26,906 nucleotides of DNA from Fibrobacterota bacterium (GCA_043753995.1 JAYUVP010000345.1:1-26906); one strand, 5' to 3'. Shown: positions 15,934-25,582, counted from the stretch's first letter. Numbers and translations are program-made. Notes: generated by a model not told the origin, from the sequence alone.

Positions 15934-16946
15934 GTTCGAGAATTCGGCCAGACTCAAAAATGGCGGTGAATCGGTTTTCCCCGGTAAGAAGGCGATCGAC
16001 ATGCCTGGCTTGTTTGGCCGTGGTCATAGCCTTTCTTTTCGCGTCGGTGCAAGCTCAAGACGCATCCAAAGCTCTGGACATTTCCTCGCAGGCGGATCGC
16101 ACCGAAATCACCATTGGTGATCAATTGCATTATCAAATCTCGGTGAAATTCCCTGAAGGGGGTCGCATTGACCTGCCTTCCGTGCTGGGCAATCTCGGGG
16201 CCTTCGAAGTGAAGGATTTCAAAACCGATGCTCCTTCCCGCGTCGATGGCAAGCTGAAGCAAACCTGGTCTTTCACACTTTCGACCTTCACCGTCGGCGA
16301 TTATCTCATTCCCCCGCAAACCGTTGAATACAGGCAGGGACAAGACACCACGGCCCAAGCCTTCATGACCCAGCCCATTGCCGTCAAGGTCAAACGAACC
16401 TCGCCCGAAACCGTGAAGGACATCGCCGATCTTGCGCCGCAGGAAGAGCCGGCTGTGCGTCGCCCCTGGTGGCTGGCGGCCGCAATCGCACTTTTAGTCA
16501 TTGCCGCCTTCTTAGCCTGGAAATTGACCCGACGTCACCGGAAAGTGACGGTAGCCGAGACGCATTTAGCACCTCCATTCGATGAGGCTATGGCCTCCTT
16601 GTTGAGCCTGAATGCCATTTCCCTGGTGCGGCAAAACCGCGGCAAGGAATTGGCCTTTGGCTTGTCACATTTGCTGAGGCGATATATCTCGCGCCGATTC
16701 GACATCGACGCGCTGGAAAGCACCAGCAGCGAATTCATCGAACTCGCGGCCGAGCTTCCCTTGCCCTTGGCGCAAAAGCCTTTCATCCCCCGCTTCTGCG
16801 AAATTACGGATACGGTTAAATTCGCCGACTCGGTTTTATTGGAAAGCGAAGCGGGAAGCCTTGTCGATGATATTCGCCGATTCCTGGAAGCCACCCGGCC
16901 CAAGGAAGAGGCCAAGCCCCAGGCCGCGAAGGAGGGCGCCACGTGA
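15930..16946 (+). CDS. Bat-operon membrane protein (single BatD-like Ig domain, TM helix, cytoplasmic helical domain)
   Basis: Signal peptide ending SVQA; DRTEITIGDQLHYQISV...TLSTFTVGDYLIPP; TM PWWLAAAIALLVIAAFLAW; PPFDEA, LRRYISRRFDIDALESTSSE, DTVKFA. This is the typical gene found just before batA. Confidence 0.82.
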   Translation: MSSRIRPDSKMAVNRFSPVRRRSTCLACLAVVIAFLFASVQAQDASKALDISSQADRTEITIGDQLHYQISVKFPEGGRIDLPSVLGNLGAFEVKDFKTDAPSRVDGKLKQTWSFTLSTFTVGDYLIPPQTVEYRQGQDTTAQAFMTQPIAVKVKRTSPETVKDIADLAPQEEPAVRRPWWLAAAIALLVIAAFLAWKLTRRHRKVTVAETHLAPPFDEAMASLLSLNAISLVRQNRGKELAFGLSHLLRRYISRRFDIDALESTSSEFIELAAELPLPLAQKPFIPRFCEITDTVKFADSVLLESEAGSLVDDIRRFLEATRPKEEAKPQAAKEGAT

Positions 16947-17941
16947 TTTGGCCTCACTTCCAAAGCCCTTTTTGGCTATTGGCCCTGCTCATTTTGCCTT
17001 ATCTGAGCTGGGACTATATACGACGCACACAAAGCAGGGCGGCCAGCATTCGCTTTCCTTCCCTCGCCATTGTGAAAAGGGTGCCCAAGGGTTGGGCTTA
17101 TCGCGCCCGCCACATCCTCTTTGCCTTGCGCATGGCCGCGGTAGCCTTGCTTTGCATTGCCATGGCGCGGCCGCAATTCGGCGAATCCATCGAGGACGTG
17201 AGCACCCAGGGCATTGACATCATGCTTTTGCAGGACGTTTCCAGCTCCATGAAAACCTTGGATTTCAAACCGAAAAACCGTCTTTTCGTGGCGAAAAAAG
17301 TCAGTGAAGATTTCATTCTAGGCCGCAAGCACGATCGCATCGGCCTCGTCGTTTTTTCCGGTCGTAGCTATACCCAATGCCCATTGACCATCGATTACAA
17401 TGTGCTTGTTCAGCTGCTGCGCCAGGTGGAAATGGGCCGGGTGGAAGACGGAACCGCAATCGGTACGGGCATTTTGAATGCCACCAATCGTCTTCGCCAT
17501 AGCACGGCGAAAAGCAAAATCATGATTCTGCTCACCGACGGAGAAAACAATGCCGGTGAAGTCGATCCCGTCACCGCCGCACGGGCCGCCGTGGCCTTGG
17601 GCATCAAGATTTATACCATCGGCGTCGGTAAAGAAGGCGAACAGCCCATGGAAATCGACGACCCCATGTTCGGCAAGCGCATTGTCGCAGTGCCTACGAA
17701 AATCGATGAACCCATGATGCGTCAAATCGCCGCCTTGACGGGAGGCAAGTACTATCGCGCTCAAGATGCCGATGCATTGAAAGACATTTACACCACCATA
17801 GACAAGCTGGAAAAAACCGAGATCAAGACGACGAGCTATATGCGCTATCGCGAGATTTTCTCTACTCTCGTTTGGATTGCCCTGGCCCTTCTGGTATTAG
17901 AAGTGCTGCTGGCTCACACCCGTTTCCGCAAGTTACCCTGA
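16943..17941 (+). CDS. batA: BatA: vWA domain membrane protein
   Basis: N-terminal FQSPFWLLALL, ARPQ, MIDAS DVSSSM, DRIGLVVF, QCPLTID, DGTAIG, LLTDGENN, KIYTIGVG, IA..TGGKYYRA, IDKLEK, C-terminal TM. Confidence 0.93.
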   Translation: MIWPHFQSPFWLLALLILPYLSWDYIRRTQSRAASIRFPSLAIVKRVPKGWAYRARHILFALRMAAVALLCIAMARPQFGESIEDVSTQGIDIMLLQDVSSSMKTLDFKPKNRLFVAKKVSEDFILGRKHDRIGLVVFSGRSYTQCPLTIDYNVLVQLLRQVEMGRVEDGTAIGTGILNATNRLRHSTAKSKIMILLTDGENNAGEVDPVTAARAAVALGIKIYTIGVGKEGEQPMEIDDPMFGKRIVAVPTKIDEPMMRQIAALTGGKYYRAQDADALKDIYTTIDKLEKTEIKTTSYMRYREIFSTLVWIALALLVLEVLLAHTRFRKLP

Positions 17942-17942
17942 T

Positions 17943-18968
17943 ATGCGATTCGGATCACCCCAACTCCTTTGGCTGCTTTTGCTTTTGCCAGCCCTGCTGG
18001 TATTCCTGTTTTGGGCTTTTCGCCGCAAAGCGGTTTTGTTACGGCGCTTTGCCCATGTCGAAATGCTCAAGCGCTTGACCGAGGGCATTTCCCGCCCCAT
18101 GCAAGTCTTGAAGCTCGCCTTGCTTTTGTTTGGTTTCGGCCTCTTAGCCATCAGCTTGGCGCGCCCGCAATTCGGTACCAAGATGGAATTAATGCGACGA
18201 CGCGGCCTGGATGTGGCGGTGGCTGTCGACGTTTCTCTCTCCATGTATGCCGAAGACATGAAGCCCAATCGCCTATTGAAAAGCAAGCAAGAGCTTTCGC
18301 GCTTTCTCGACAATTTGGGCGGCGACCGGGTGGCACTCATTGCCTTTGCGGGAGAGGCTTTCCTGCAATGCCCGCTTACCTCGGATTATGGCGCCGTACG
18401 TATGTTCGTTGACGTGCTCGACCCCGAATTGATTGAAACGCCCGGTACCAATATCACCGCAGCCTTGGAAGCCTCCATAAAGGCTTTCGATCCCAAGGAG
18501 CGCAAATACCGGGTCATCGTCCTGATGACCGATGGCGAAGATCATAGTGGCCAAGCCCTCAAGGTTGCCGAAGAGGCGGCGCGGCAAGGAATCAAGGTTT
18601 ATACCGTGGGCATTGGTTCACCTTCCGGCGTACCCATACCGGTTCGCGATGAGAGAGGCAATGTCAGCTATAAGAAGGATCGCCAGGGCAATGTGGTCAC
18701 CTCGCGGCTCGACGAAAACCTCCTGCAAAAAATTGCACTGACTACTGGAGGCCAATACTATGCCGCCAGGCCGGGCCAATTCGAATTGCAAAAGGTGGTG
18801 CAGGCCATTCAGAACATGGAAAAGCGCGAAATGGAATCGCAAATGTTCAATCAATTCGAAGAGCGCTTTCAAATTCCCCTGGGTGTGGCTCTCTTTCTGC
18901 TGATTGCCGAAATGCTGATCTCCGATCGTCGCAAGCGCCGCCGCGAGTGGACAGGGAGATTTTCATGA
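17943..18968 (+). CDS. batB: BatB: vWA domain membrane protein
   Basis: MRFGSPQLLW, ARPQFG, MIDAS DVSLSM, DRVALIAFAG, QCPLTSDY, MTDGEDH, GIGSPSGVPIP, VVTSRLDE, ERFQIPL. Confidence 0.92.
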   Translation: MRFGSPQLLWLLLLLPALLVFLFWAFRRKAVLLRRFAHVEMLKRLTEGISRPMQVLKLALLLFGFGLLAISLARPQFGTKMELMRRRGLDVAVAVDVSLSMYAEDMKPNRLLKSKQELSRFLDNLGGDRVALIAFAGEAFLQCPLTSDYGAVRMFVDVLDPELIETPGTNITAALEASIKAFDPKERKYRVIVLMTDGEDHSGQALKVAEEAARQGIKVYTVGIGSPSGVPIPVRDERGNVSYKKDRQGNVVTSRLDENLLQKIALTTGGQYYAARPGQFELQKVVQAIQNMEKREMESQMFNQFEERFQIPLGVALFLLIAEMLISDRRKRRREWTGRFS

Positions 18969-19990
18969 GGCTTGCAATGTCGCATTTACCCAAACCTCCG
19001 GGGATATTCCGCTTCAAGCTTTTGAGCCATGTCCTGTTTTTCGGAATGGTTTTCGGAGCCTTGGCTCAAAATCCAAATGCGCCTTCGCAGGGCACGCCGG
19101 TGCTTACTCCCGAATCGGTATTGGGCCGTAAAGGAAAGACTGCCCTAGGCGAGGAGCAACAGGTTAAGGCCGCGTCGAATGAGAAGGGGGATGCAGAAAC
19201 TCCCACGGCTGACTTGCTTTCCCAATATGAAAGTCAAGCGGGAACCGGCGCAAAATTAAAACGTTGGCTGGGACGATTGGGTTTTGGCGGCTCAGCCGCG
19301 CATCGTGGTAATAAGGCCTATCAAGCAGGCGACTTCGATGAGGCCTTAAGGCAATATGGCGAAGGCTTGCTCGATGCACCCGAGTCCCAATTGCTTCAAT
19401 ACAATGCGGGCAATGCGCAATTTCGCAAGCGCAAATACGAAGAGGCTATAGCCAATTATCGCAAGGCCCTGAGCGGTGACAATGCCGGGCTTTCCTCCAA
19501 GGCATGGTATAACCTGGGCAATAGTTATTTCCGAAAAGGAGAGTTCTCCTTACAACAGGGCCAGCAAGAAGGCATTTCCGATTACCGTGAGGCCTTGGCG
19601 GCCTATAAGAAGTCATTGGAGATTCACCCGGAAAACAAAGACGCCAAGCGAAATATTGAAGTGGTGCAAGCTCGCATTAAGGAATTGCTGGAGCGCCAAA
19701 AGCAGGATCAACAAAACCAGCCTCAAAACGGCGAACAAAAGCCCCCGCCTGAACCCAGTGCCGCGGCGAAGCAGGCATTGGCCCGTGCCCTGCAATTGAC
19801 GGCGCAAAAGCGCTATGCCGAAGCCAAGGCCTTGCTGGAAGACACCATGATCAAGGACGCCACCGCCGAGTCGTTTAAGAGTCATGTGCAAAAGCTCGAT
19901 GATGTTTTGAAAATCATGCGCGGCGAAACCCCAAGCGCCCCCGGCGCGCAAGATCCTCGCTCCCAGCAGTCAGGCATGGGGGTGATTTGA
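18965..19990 (+). CDS. BatC-like TPR protein (TPR part)
   Basis: Likely ATG 18965 (ATGA overlap); signal-like segment; GNKAYQAGDFDEA, YNAGNAQFRKRKYEEA, AWYNLGNSYF, AYKKSLEIHPENKDAKRNIE are typical BatC TPRs. It lacks the BatC C-terminal tail. Confidence 0.8.
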   Translation: MRLAMSHLPKPPGIFRFKLLSHVLFFGMVFGALAQNPNAPSQGTPVLTPESVLGRKGKTALGEEQQVKAASNEKGDAETPTADLLSQYESQAGTGAKLKRWLGRLGFGGSAAHRGNKAYQAGDFDEALRQYGEGLLDAPESQLLQYNAGNAQFRKRKYEEAIANYRKALSGDNAGLSSKAWYNLGNSYFRKGEFSLQQGQQEGISDYREALAAYKKSLEIHPENKDAKRNIEVVQARIKELLERQKQDQQNQPQNGEQKPPPEPSAAAKQALARALQLTAQKRYAEAKALLEDTMIKDATAESFKSHVQKLDDVLKIMRGETPSAPGAQDPRSQQSGMGVI

Positions 19991-20634
19991 TGGTCACGCG
20001 CACCAAGCCCCCCACCTATAGGCACCTTGCCTTCCTTCTAGTGGTTTTCGGCCTGTTTGCCTTGGCCGGAGCGAAAAGCTCGGAAGACTATTTCCACGCT
20101 GCGGCAAATCTTTATGTGCAGGGTCGTCTGCAAGAGGCTGGAAATGAAGTCGACCATGGGCTAAAGGAAAATCCAGCCGATCCCAAGCTATCGGGCTTGA
20201 ATAGCCTTCTCAAGCAATTGAAGGATCAGCAACGCAAGGATCAAAATCAGCAGGGTGGCGGTCAAAAGCAAAACCCAGATTCACAGCAGAATCAGGACAA
20301 AAACAAAAATCAAGACGGGAAAAACGGCGATCAGCCGCAGCCTTCGCCTTCGGACAGCTCCCAGAATAAAGACAAAAAAGACGGGAAAGAGGACAAACCC
20401 GAAGCGAAAAAGCCCGAAACGGATACCTCCCAAGGCAGCGGCAAGAATCAGGCGGAAAACGATAAAACGCCACCCGATTCCAGCCAAGGTGGCCAGGCAG
20501 ATAAGCCTAAGCCCGGCCAAATGAGCAAGGAAGATGCGGAGCGCTTGTTAAATTCCTTTGAGAACGACGAGAAGCAAAGCCAGCATGACCGACAGGCACC
20601 AAGGCGCCAAGTCGATGTCGAAGAGGATTGGTAA
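19990..20634 (+). CDS. BatC-like protein carrying the Q/K/D-rich linker and the conserved BatC C-terminal tail
   Basis: ATG 19990 overlaps the upstream TGA; own signal peptide (HLAFLLVVFGLFALAGA); one TPR-like unit; low-complexity QQNQDKNKNQD region; MSKEDAERLLNSFENDEK...VEEDW-stop. Confidence 0.78.
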   Translation: MVTRTKPPTYRHLAFLLVVFGLFALAGAKSSEDYFHAAANLYVQGRLQEAGNEVDHGLKENPADPKLSGLNSLLKQLKDQQRKDQNQQGGGQKQNPDSQQNQDKNKNQDGKNGDQPQPSPSDSSQNKDKKDGKEDKPEAKKPETDTSQGSGKNQAENDKTPPDSSQGGQADKPKPGQMSKEDAERLLNSFENDEKQSQHDRQAPRRQVDVEEDW

Positions 20635-20636
20635 CC

Positions 20637-22469
20637 GTGAAGCAACGGTATCTTGAATGTCACCTGAAGCGCAGCCGTCGCTTTTCCATGGGCTTGCTGG
20701 CTTATGCCTTGGCCTTGGGTGTCTGGGTACCGGTAGCCCGCGCGGAAATCCAGGCGCAGGCCCAGATCAATACCCAAGAAGCCGGTGTTGGCGAGCCTAT
20801 CACCTTGACGGTGCAGGTGCAAACCGATGAAAAGCCGGAGAACCTGCCTTGGCCCGACATCAAGGGCTTAGAACCCTTTACCGTGCAAAAGAAGTCCAAT
20901 ACCAGTCATAGCTCTTCGACCACCATAGTCAATGGCCAAGTGTCCAGCCAAACTTTTTATGTGGTGACCTATACCTACAATTTGACGGCGCAGAAACCTG
21001 GCACCTTCACCATCGGCCCCATTCGCTACACTCATAAGGGCTTTGACCGCAATTTTGGACAGACCACGGTCACCATTGAAAAACAGCAAAGCAGCCTTGC
21101 CATTCAGCCTCTGGTTAACAAGCGCAAGGCCTATGTCGGCGAACAAGTGGTTTACACCTTGCGCATCATTCCCCAGGCAGGCGTGCAATCCATAAATCTT
21201 ACCCAGGATTTGCAAAAGCTGATTGGTTCCCGCTTTTATTTTCAGCGTTTGGAAAACAAGGTTGAGCCCAAAACCATTCCGGTGAATGGCCAGCCCACCA
21301 AGGTATTTGACATCGGTATCGCTTTATTCCCCTTGCTTTCTGGCGCAACCAAGCTGGAGGGCATACCCGTGCAATACCAGCAAGTGGCCCGTGGCCAGCG
21401 CCGACGCGGTGGCGGCGGATCGGTATTCGACATGTTCGAAGATGAATTTTTCGGAGGCGCTCGCCTGGTGACTCTGGAGGCCGTCTCTTCTGCGGTCGAC
21501 GTCGAAGCCATGCCCTTGCCGACTCCAGCTCCCAAGGGCTTCAGCGGATCGGTGGGTGACTATACCTTGACGGCCACTTTGGACCGAACCGATTTGCCAT
21601 CGGGAGAAGCCGTCACGCTCACCTTGACCGTACGTGGCAATGGCCAACCGAAGAGCATAGGCACGCCACAATTGCCTGACTTATCCGCCTTCGAGGTTTT
21701 CAATCCCGAAGAAGAATCTGGCACCCAGGTGCGTGATGGGCAAATGTGGAGTTGGAAAACCTTCAAATACGTCATCGTACCCAAGCGCAAAGGGGACTAT
21801 CGCATTGATCCAGTAACCTATCCTTATTTCCAGCCCTCGCAGAACGCCTTCTTGCAAGCCAAGTCCGAGCCGCTCACGGTGCATGTTACCCAAGGCAAGG
21901 AAAACGAAGTGGTGTCGGGCCGCGTCATGAGCCAGCAGGAGATCGCCGAAATCGGTTCGGATATTCGACATATCCTCACCGACGAAGCCCTGATGCGTGA
22001 AGACGACTTTCTGTACCGGCAATCGGGCTTCTGGTTTCTGTGGGGCTTGAGCCCGACAGCCTTCGCCGCGGCTTTGTTCCTACGCCGACGCCGGCAACAG
22101 CTTTCCACCGATGCCAAACTCAAGCGCCGCTCCGAAGCCGGCTCGCAATTGCGCAAGCGTTTACGAGAAGCCGATGCCGCCCTCTCGCGAAAAGACGCCA
22201 AAGGCTTTTATCGGGAATTGGCTTTGGCCTTGCAAGGCTTTGTTAGCGACAAACTCAGCATCGAGTTTCGCGGCCTCACCTTGGAAGACGCCAAAGCTCG
22301 CTTGGTTGAAGCCAGCGTGGCAATCGAAAGCGTCACGGCTTGGCAAACCTTGATGCAGGAATGCGATTACGGACAATTTGCCGGCTTAGGCGCCGATGCC
22401 GCCTCCATGCAAAAAGCGCGTGAGAATGGCGAACAACTCTTGCGCCGCTTGGACAAGGAGATGCGTTAA
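20637..22469 (+). CDS. batD: BatD family protein
   Basis: GTG 20637 with GAGGA upstream (alternatives 20628 and 20688); signal ending ARA; repeated Ig-like units (VGEPITLTVQV, YVGEQVVYT, SGEAVTLTLTVRGNG); SSSTTIVNG, PGTFTIGP, FSGSVGDY, YPYFQP; TM and C-terminal CDYGQFA. Confidence 0.9.
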   Translation: MKQRYLECHLKRSRRFSMGLLAYALALGVWVPVARAEIQAQAQINTQEAGVGEPITLTVQVQTDEKPENLPWPDIKGLEPFTVQKKSNTSHSSSTTIVNGQVSSQTFYVVTYTYNLTAQKPGTFTIGPIRYTHKGFDRNFGQTTVTIEKQQSSLAIQPLVNKRKAYVGEQVVYTLRIIPQAGVQSINLTQDLQKLIGSRFYFQRLENKVEPKTIPVNGQPTKVFDIGIALFPLLSGATKLEGIPVQYQQVARGQRRRGGGGSVFDMFEDEFFGGARLVTLEAVSSAVDVEAMPLPTPAPKGFSGSVGDYTLTATLDRTDLPSGEAVTLTLTVRGNGQPKSIGTPQLPDLSAFEVFNPEEESGTQVRDGQMWSWKTFKYVIVPKRKGDYRIDPVTYPYFQPSQNAFLQAKSEPLTVHVTQGKENEVVSGRVMSQQEIAEIGSDIRHILTDEALMREDDFLYRQSGFWFLWGLSPTAFAAALFLRRRRQQLSTDAKLKRRSEAGSQLRKRLREADAALSRKDAKGFYRELALALQGFVSDKLSIEFRGLTLEDAKARLVEASVAIESVTAWQTLMQECDYGQFAGLGADAASMQKARENGEQLLRRLDKEMR

Positions 22470-23239
22470 TGCCCTTACGCACCCTATTTCTAGCCATTCT
22501 TTGCCTTGGTTTCGGAATGCAATTTTCACAAGGCGAATCCTTGGAGCAAGCGCAAAAAGCTTTTGCCCAAGGCAATGCTGCCTATGAAAAGGCCGACTTC
22601 GAAAAGGCCGAAAGGCAATATCGAAGGGCTATCGACGAAGGTATAGCCGATCACAAACTCTTTTACAATTATGCTAATGCTCTTTTTCGACAAAACAAAC
22701 TCGGCCTTGCCATTTTGTATTGGGAAAAAGCGGCCAAATTGCATCCCAATAATCCCGATGTCGAACAAAACCTGAAATTCGCCCGCGCACGCATTGCCGA
22801 TAAAGCCACTGACTCTCCTGCGAATTTCCTGACTCGTGCTTTATGGAGTTTGCACTCGGGTTATACCATCAATCAAGGACTATGGCTGGCATTGGGCCTT
22901 TTTTCCGCCCTTTTCGTTGGCATTTTTTTCATCCTTTCGGCGCCGTCGTGGCTGCGGGTATTCGGTAGCTTGGGTGTGACGGTGGTTGCTCTGGCCTTAT
23001 TGGTCTTGATTCCATCTCTGGTTTATAAAATCAGGCAACAGGAAAATGTGGTGAGCGCCATCGTCCTCAAGCCGGTTTTGGAAATTTATAGCGGCCCCGG
23101 CGACAATTATCAACTCTTGGCGAGAGTTCATGAAGGCACCAAGTTCACCCTTGAACAAGTCAGCGGCGATTGGGCTTCGGTTAAACTCAGCAATGGCACC
23201 GGTGGTTGGGTGCGATATGCCGAGTTGGGCAAAATCTGA
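22469..23239 (+). CDS. batE: BatE: TPR + two TM helices + C-terminal SH3-like domain
   Basis: FAQGNAAYEKADFEKA, LFYNYANALFRQNKLGLAILYWEKAAKLHP, NLKFAR; two TM helices; SGPG...VHEGTK...WASVKLSNGTGGWV. TAATG overlap with batD. Confidence 0.9.
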   Translation: MPLRTLFLAILCLGFGMQFSQGESLEQAQKAFAQGNAAYEKADFEKAERQYRRAIDEGIADHKLFYNYANALFRQNKLGLAILYWEKAAKLHPNNPDVEQNLKFARARIADKATDSPANFLTRALWSLHSGYTINQGLWLALGLFSALFVGIFFILSAPSWLRVFGSLGVTVVALALLVLIPSLVYKIRQQENVVSAIVLKPVLEIYSGPGDNYQLLARVHEGTKFTLEQVSGDWASVKLSNGTGGWVRYAELGKI

Positions 23240-23258
23240 ATTCAAAACTGGAGACCCT

Positions 23259-23606
23259 ATGTGGATACCCCTGGCCGCCTTATTGGGATTTACAGGAGTT
23301 GCCCTTGGGGCCTTTGGAGCCCATGCCCTGAAGGAGCGCCTAGGCGTGCATCTCGCCACTTGGCAAACGGCCGTGCTTTATCATTTGATACATGCCGTCG
23401 GAATTTTAGCCATGGCTTTTTACGGTAAGGCGACGCAAACTTCCATTACCTTGCCAGCGACTTTTTTCGCCTTGGGTGTTTTGCTATTCAGTGGAAGTCT
23501 ATATGCCCTTTCGCTGAGCGGCATCAAAATTCTGGGTGCCATTACACCCTTGGGTGGGCTTTGCTTTTTGGCCGGGTGGGCCATGCTGGCTTGGCGTTTT
23601 CGTTAG
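23259..23606 (+). CDS. DUF423 (YgdD/TMEM256) small membrane protein
   Basis: ATG 23259 with GGAG RBS; GVALGAFGAHALK, WQTAVLYHLIHA, LFSGSLYAL, GAITPLGG..FLAGW. Confidence 0.93.
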   Translation: MWIPLAALLGFTGVALGAFGAHALKERLGVHLATWQTAVLYHLIHAVGILAMAFYGKATQTSITLPATFFALGVLLFSGSLYALSLSGIKILGAITPLGGLCFLAGWAMLAWRFR

Positions 23607-23641
23607 CGCAATTTAAGCCGGGAAATTTTTAGGCCATGAAA

Positions 23642-25582
23642 TTAAAAGGCCTGGGCTAAATCCAATACCCAGGTGTCAGGCCAAATCACATTTGCAAATT
23701 CATTCGACTTCTTAGAATCGCCATAAGCGAAGTCCAGTCGCAAATTAAAAACCCCCAAAAGAGGATATCGCAGGCCCATTCCATAGGCCATGCCCTGACC
23801 GCCCAATTGTGAATGCAGAGAAAAGTCTCCTCTAACATTCCAAACTTTTCCGAAATCGTAAAAGGGTACGAGTTTCAAAGGAATCAAGCTCTTCAAAAAG
23901 CTACGCGGACTGATATAGCCAAATGCGAAAGGGGCCAGACGCAATTCATAGGAGGTCAGAAAATAGGCTGCGGTCAGATTCTCGGTGGAGCAAACCGTCT
24001 GCGTGGAATCAAGGAGATCGACATGCCTTTCTGGGCATAATTCCTGGTACCCATAACTTCGCACACTGCGGCCGCCACCGAGGAAAAACCGATCGGAATT
24101 GGTGCCTCCCAAACCGAAGAATCGTCCTCCATCCAGGCGAAAGGCCAAGGCGATTTGCGACCAGGGCGGCAAGTAGTAGTAATAGCCACTTTGAAATTCC
24201 AACCAATTGTGACGAAATTCAGCAAAGCGAAATTCACCGTCCTCAAGCACCGATCCGCCATTGCCCCAATGGAAGGCATGCCGCAACCCGCGCGAAGGAT
24301 CCATCATTTGATTCAGAAAAGAGGATTGCGCCGTTTGAATGAAATTCAAATTCAAGGACCGCTCTCGACTTCCGGAAATTTCCAGCATTCGGCTTTTCGA
24401 TTCGATTTCGCCATTCGTGATAAGATTAAGCCAATAAGCCAAGGGCCATGTCAGCCGTGCCGTATTCGCGGCACGAAAATCACCGCCGAAAAAACTTTCT
24501 TTAGTGTGCACGGCTTTGTCCTGATACCAATCGATATTCAAGTCATTGTCAAAGCGAATGAGAAAACCCAAGGTAAGAGGTGAGCCATAGCCGACATAAA
24601 GGTTTTGCCTGTCCAAGGCTAGCCCAGCCCCGCCATGCATTTCATTGAGAGTACCGGCGATATTGGTATGGCTGATGTCGAAAGCAATACCCGGCCCATA
24701 TTGGCTTTCCCATTGCATTGCGGTACGCAGATGTCCAGGGACCCGCTCTTCGGATTGCAATATTAAGGCGCTGCGATGCCCCTCGCCCGTGCCAAGACTG
24801 TCCTTGAGTCGAGCATAGCGAAAGGCATGGGTGTATTGCAATTTGGCGATAAGCTTGTCATTGCGCGAGATGCGCACCGTGTCGCCGCGCGTATAAGTAA
24901 GCAAGGAGCGGAGGGCATTCTCACGCGTCAATCCAGGCAAGGTGTCCGCGGGCGGCGCCCGACGATTGGCGAGAATCAAGGTGTCGAAAATCACGGGATA
25001 GGAAGGCTGAATGCGATATTCCAGACGGACACGCTTGCTTTCCCGATTCAAGAAGAGAAAATGCTCAACTTCGGCCCGAACAAAGCCGGCATTACCGTAT
25101 TGGCGCATAAGCAAGCGCTTGTCCTGTAGTAGAACCTCTTCGCGATAGGGCTGATCTAAACGTGCGCCCAACTTATCCGTTTCGATTTCCAGCGGCAGGG
25201 GAATAGAATCGTTCGCGACCACTCGGACCGTATCCCAGCGATAACGGTCACCTTCGAGAATTTTCAAATGAGCACGGGGATCTTTTTGGGCCTTAGCGAG
25301 CGAATCCCATATGATTTCCGACGCGACGTCGAAATAACCTTGGCGACGATAGAGGTCCAAAACCGCGTCGACGGCTTCATCTTGCCAGGAGAATAGGCTA
25401 GCCTGATCCAGGGCTTCGGGATCGGCAGGCAATACATTGAGAATTTGAGCTGAGCGGAAGAATTTGTGGCCTTCCATGTCAACATGAATTTCACCCGCCG
25501 CAAAACTCACAAGCAATAAGGCAATCCAAGCCGAGGTAGGATTCACCCAATCAAACGCTTTTTTCCCACGGCCAGGCCTCAT
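23642..25582 (-). CDS. Omp85/BamA-TamA family outer membrane protein (TamA-like size)
   Basis: Signal peptide; POTRA-like LYRRQGYFDV, ILEGDRY, YGNAGFVRAEV; barrel motifs DPSRG, RFFLGGGRSVRSY, FYDFGKVW, YGMGLRY, LRLDFAYG; C-terminal LDLAQAF. 646 aa, next to a tamB-like gene. Confidence 0.88.
   Translation of the reverse strand: MRPGRGKKAFDWVNPTSAWIALLLVSFAAGEIHVDMEGHKFFRSAQILNVLPADPEALDQASLFSWQDEAVDAVLDLYRRQGYFDVASEIIWDSLAKAQKDPRAHLKILEGDRYRWDTVRVVANDSIPLPLEIETDKLGARLDQPYREEVLLQDKRLLMRQYGNAGFVRAEVEHFLFLNRESKRVRLEYRIQPSYPVIFDTLILANRRAPPADTLPGLTRENALRSLLTYTRGDTVRISRNDKLIAKLQYTHAFRYARLKDSLGTGEGHRSALILQSEERVPGHLRTAMQWESQYGPGIAFDISHTNIAGTLNEMHGGAGLALDRQNLYVGYGSPLTLGFLIRFDNDLNIDWYQDKAVHTKESFFGGDFRAANTARLTWPLAYWLNLITNGEIESKSRMLEISGSRERSLNLNFIQTAQSSFLNQMMDPSRGLRHAFHWGNGGSVLEDGEFRFAEFRHNWLEFQSGYYYYLPPWSQIALAFRLDGGRFFGLGGTNSDRFFLGGGRSVRSYGYQELCPERHVDLLDSTQTVCSTENLTAAYFLTSYELRLAPFAFGYISPRSFLKSLIPLKLVPFYDFGKVWNVRGDFSLHSQLGGQGMAYGMGLRYPLLGVFNLRLDFAYGDSKKSNEFANVIWPDTWVLDLAQAF

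Noticed and set aside
20220..20520. Repetitive A-rich sequence encoding Q/K/D/N
   Set aside because: It is the low-complexity linker of the BatC-like protein, not a DNA repeat or CRISPR array.
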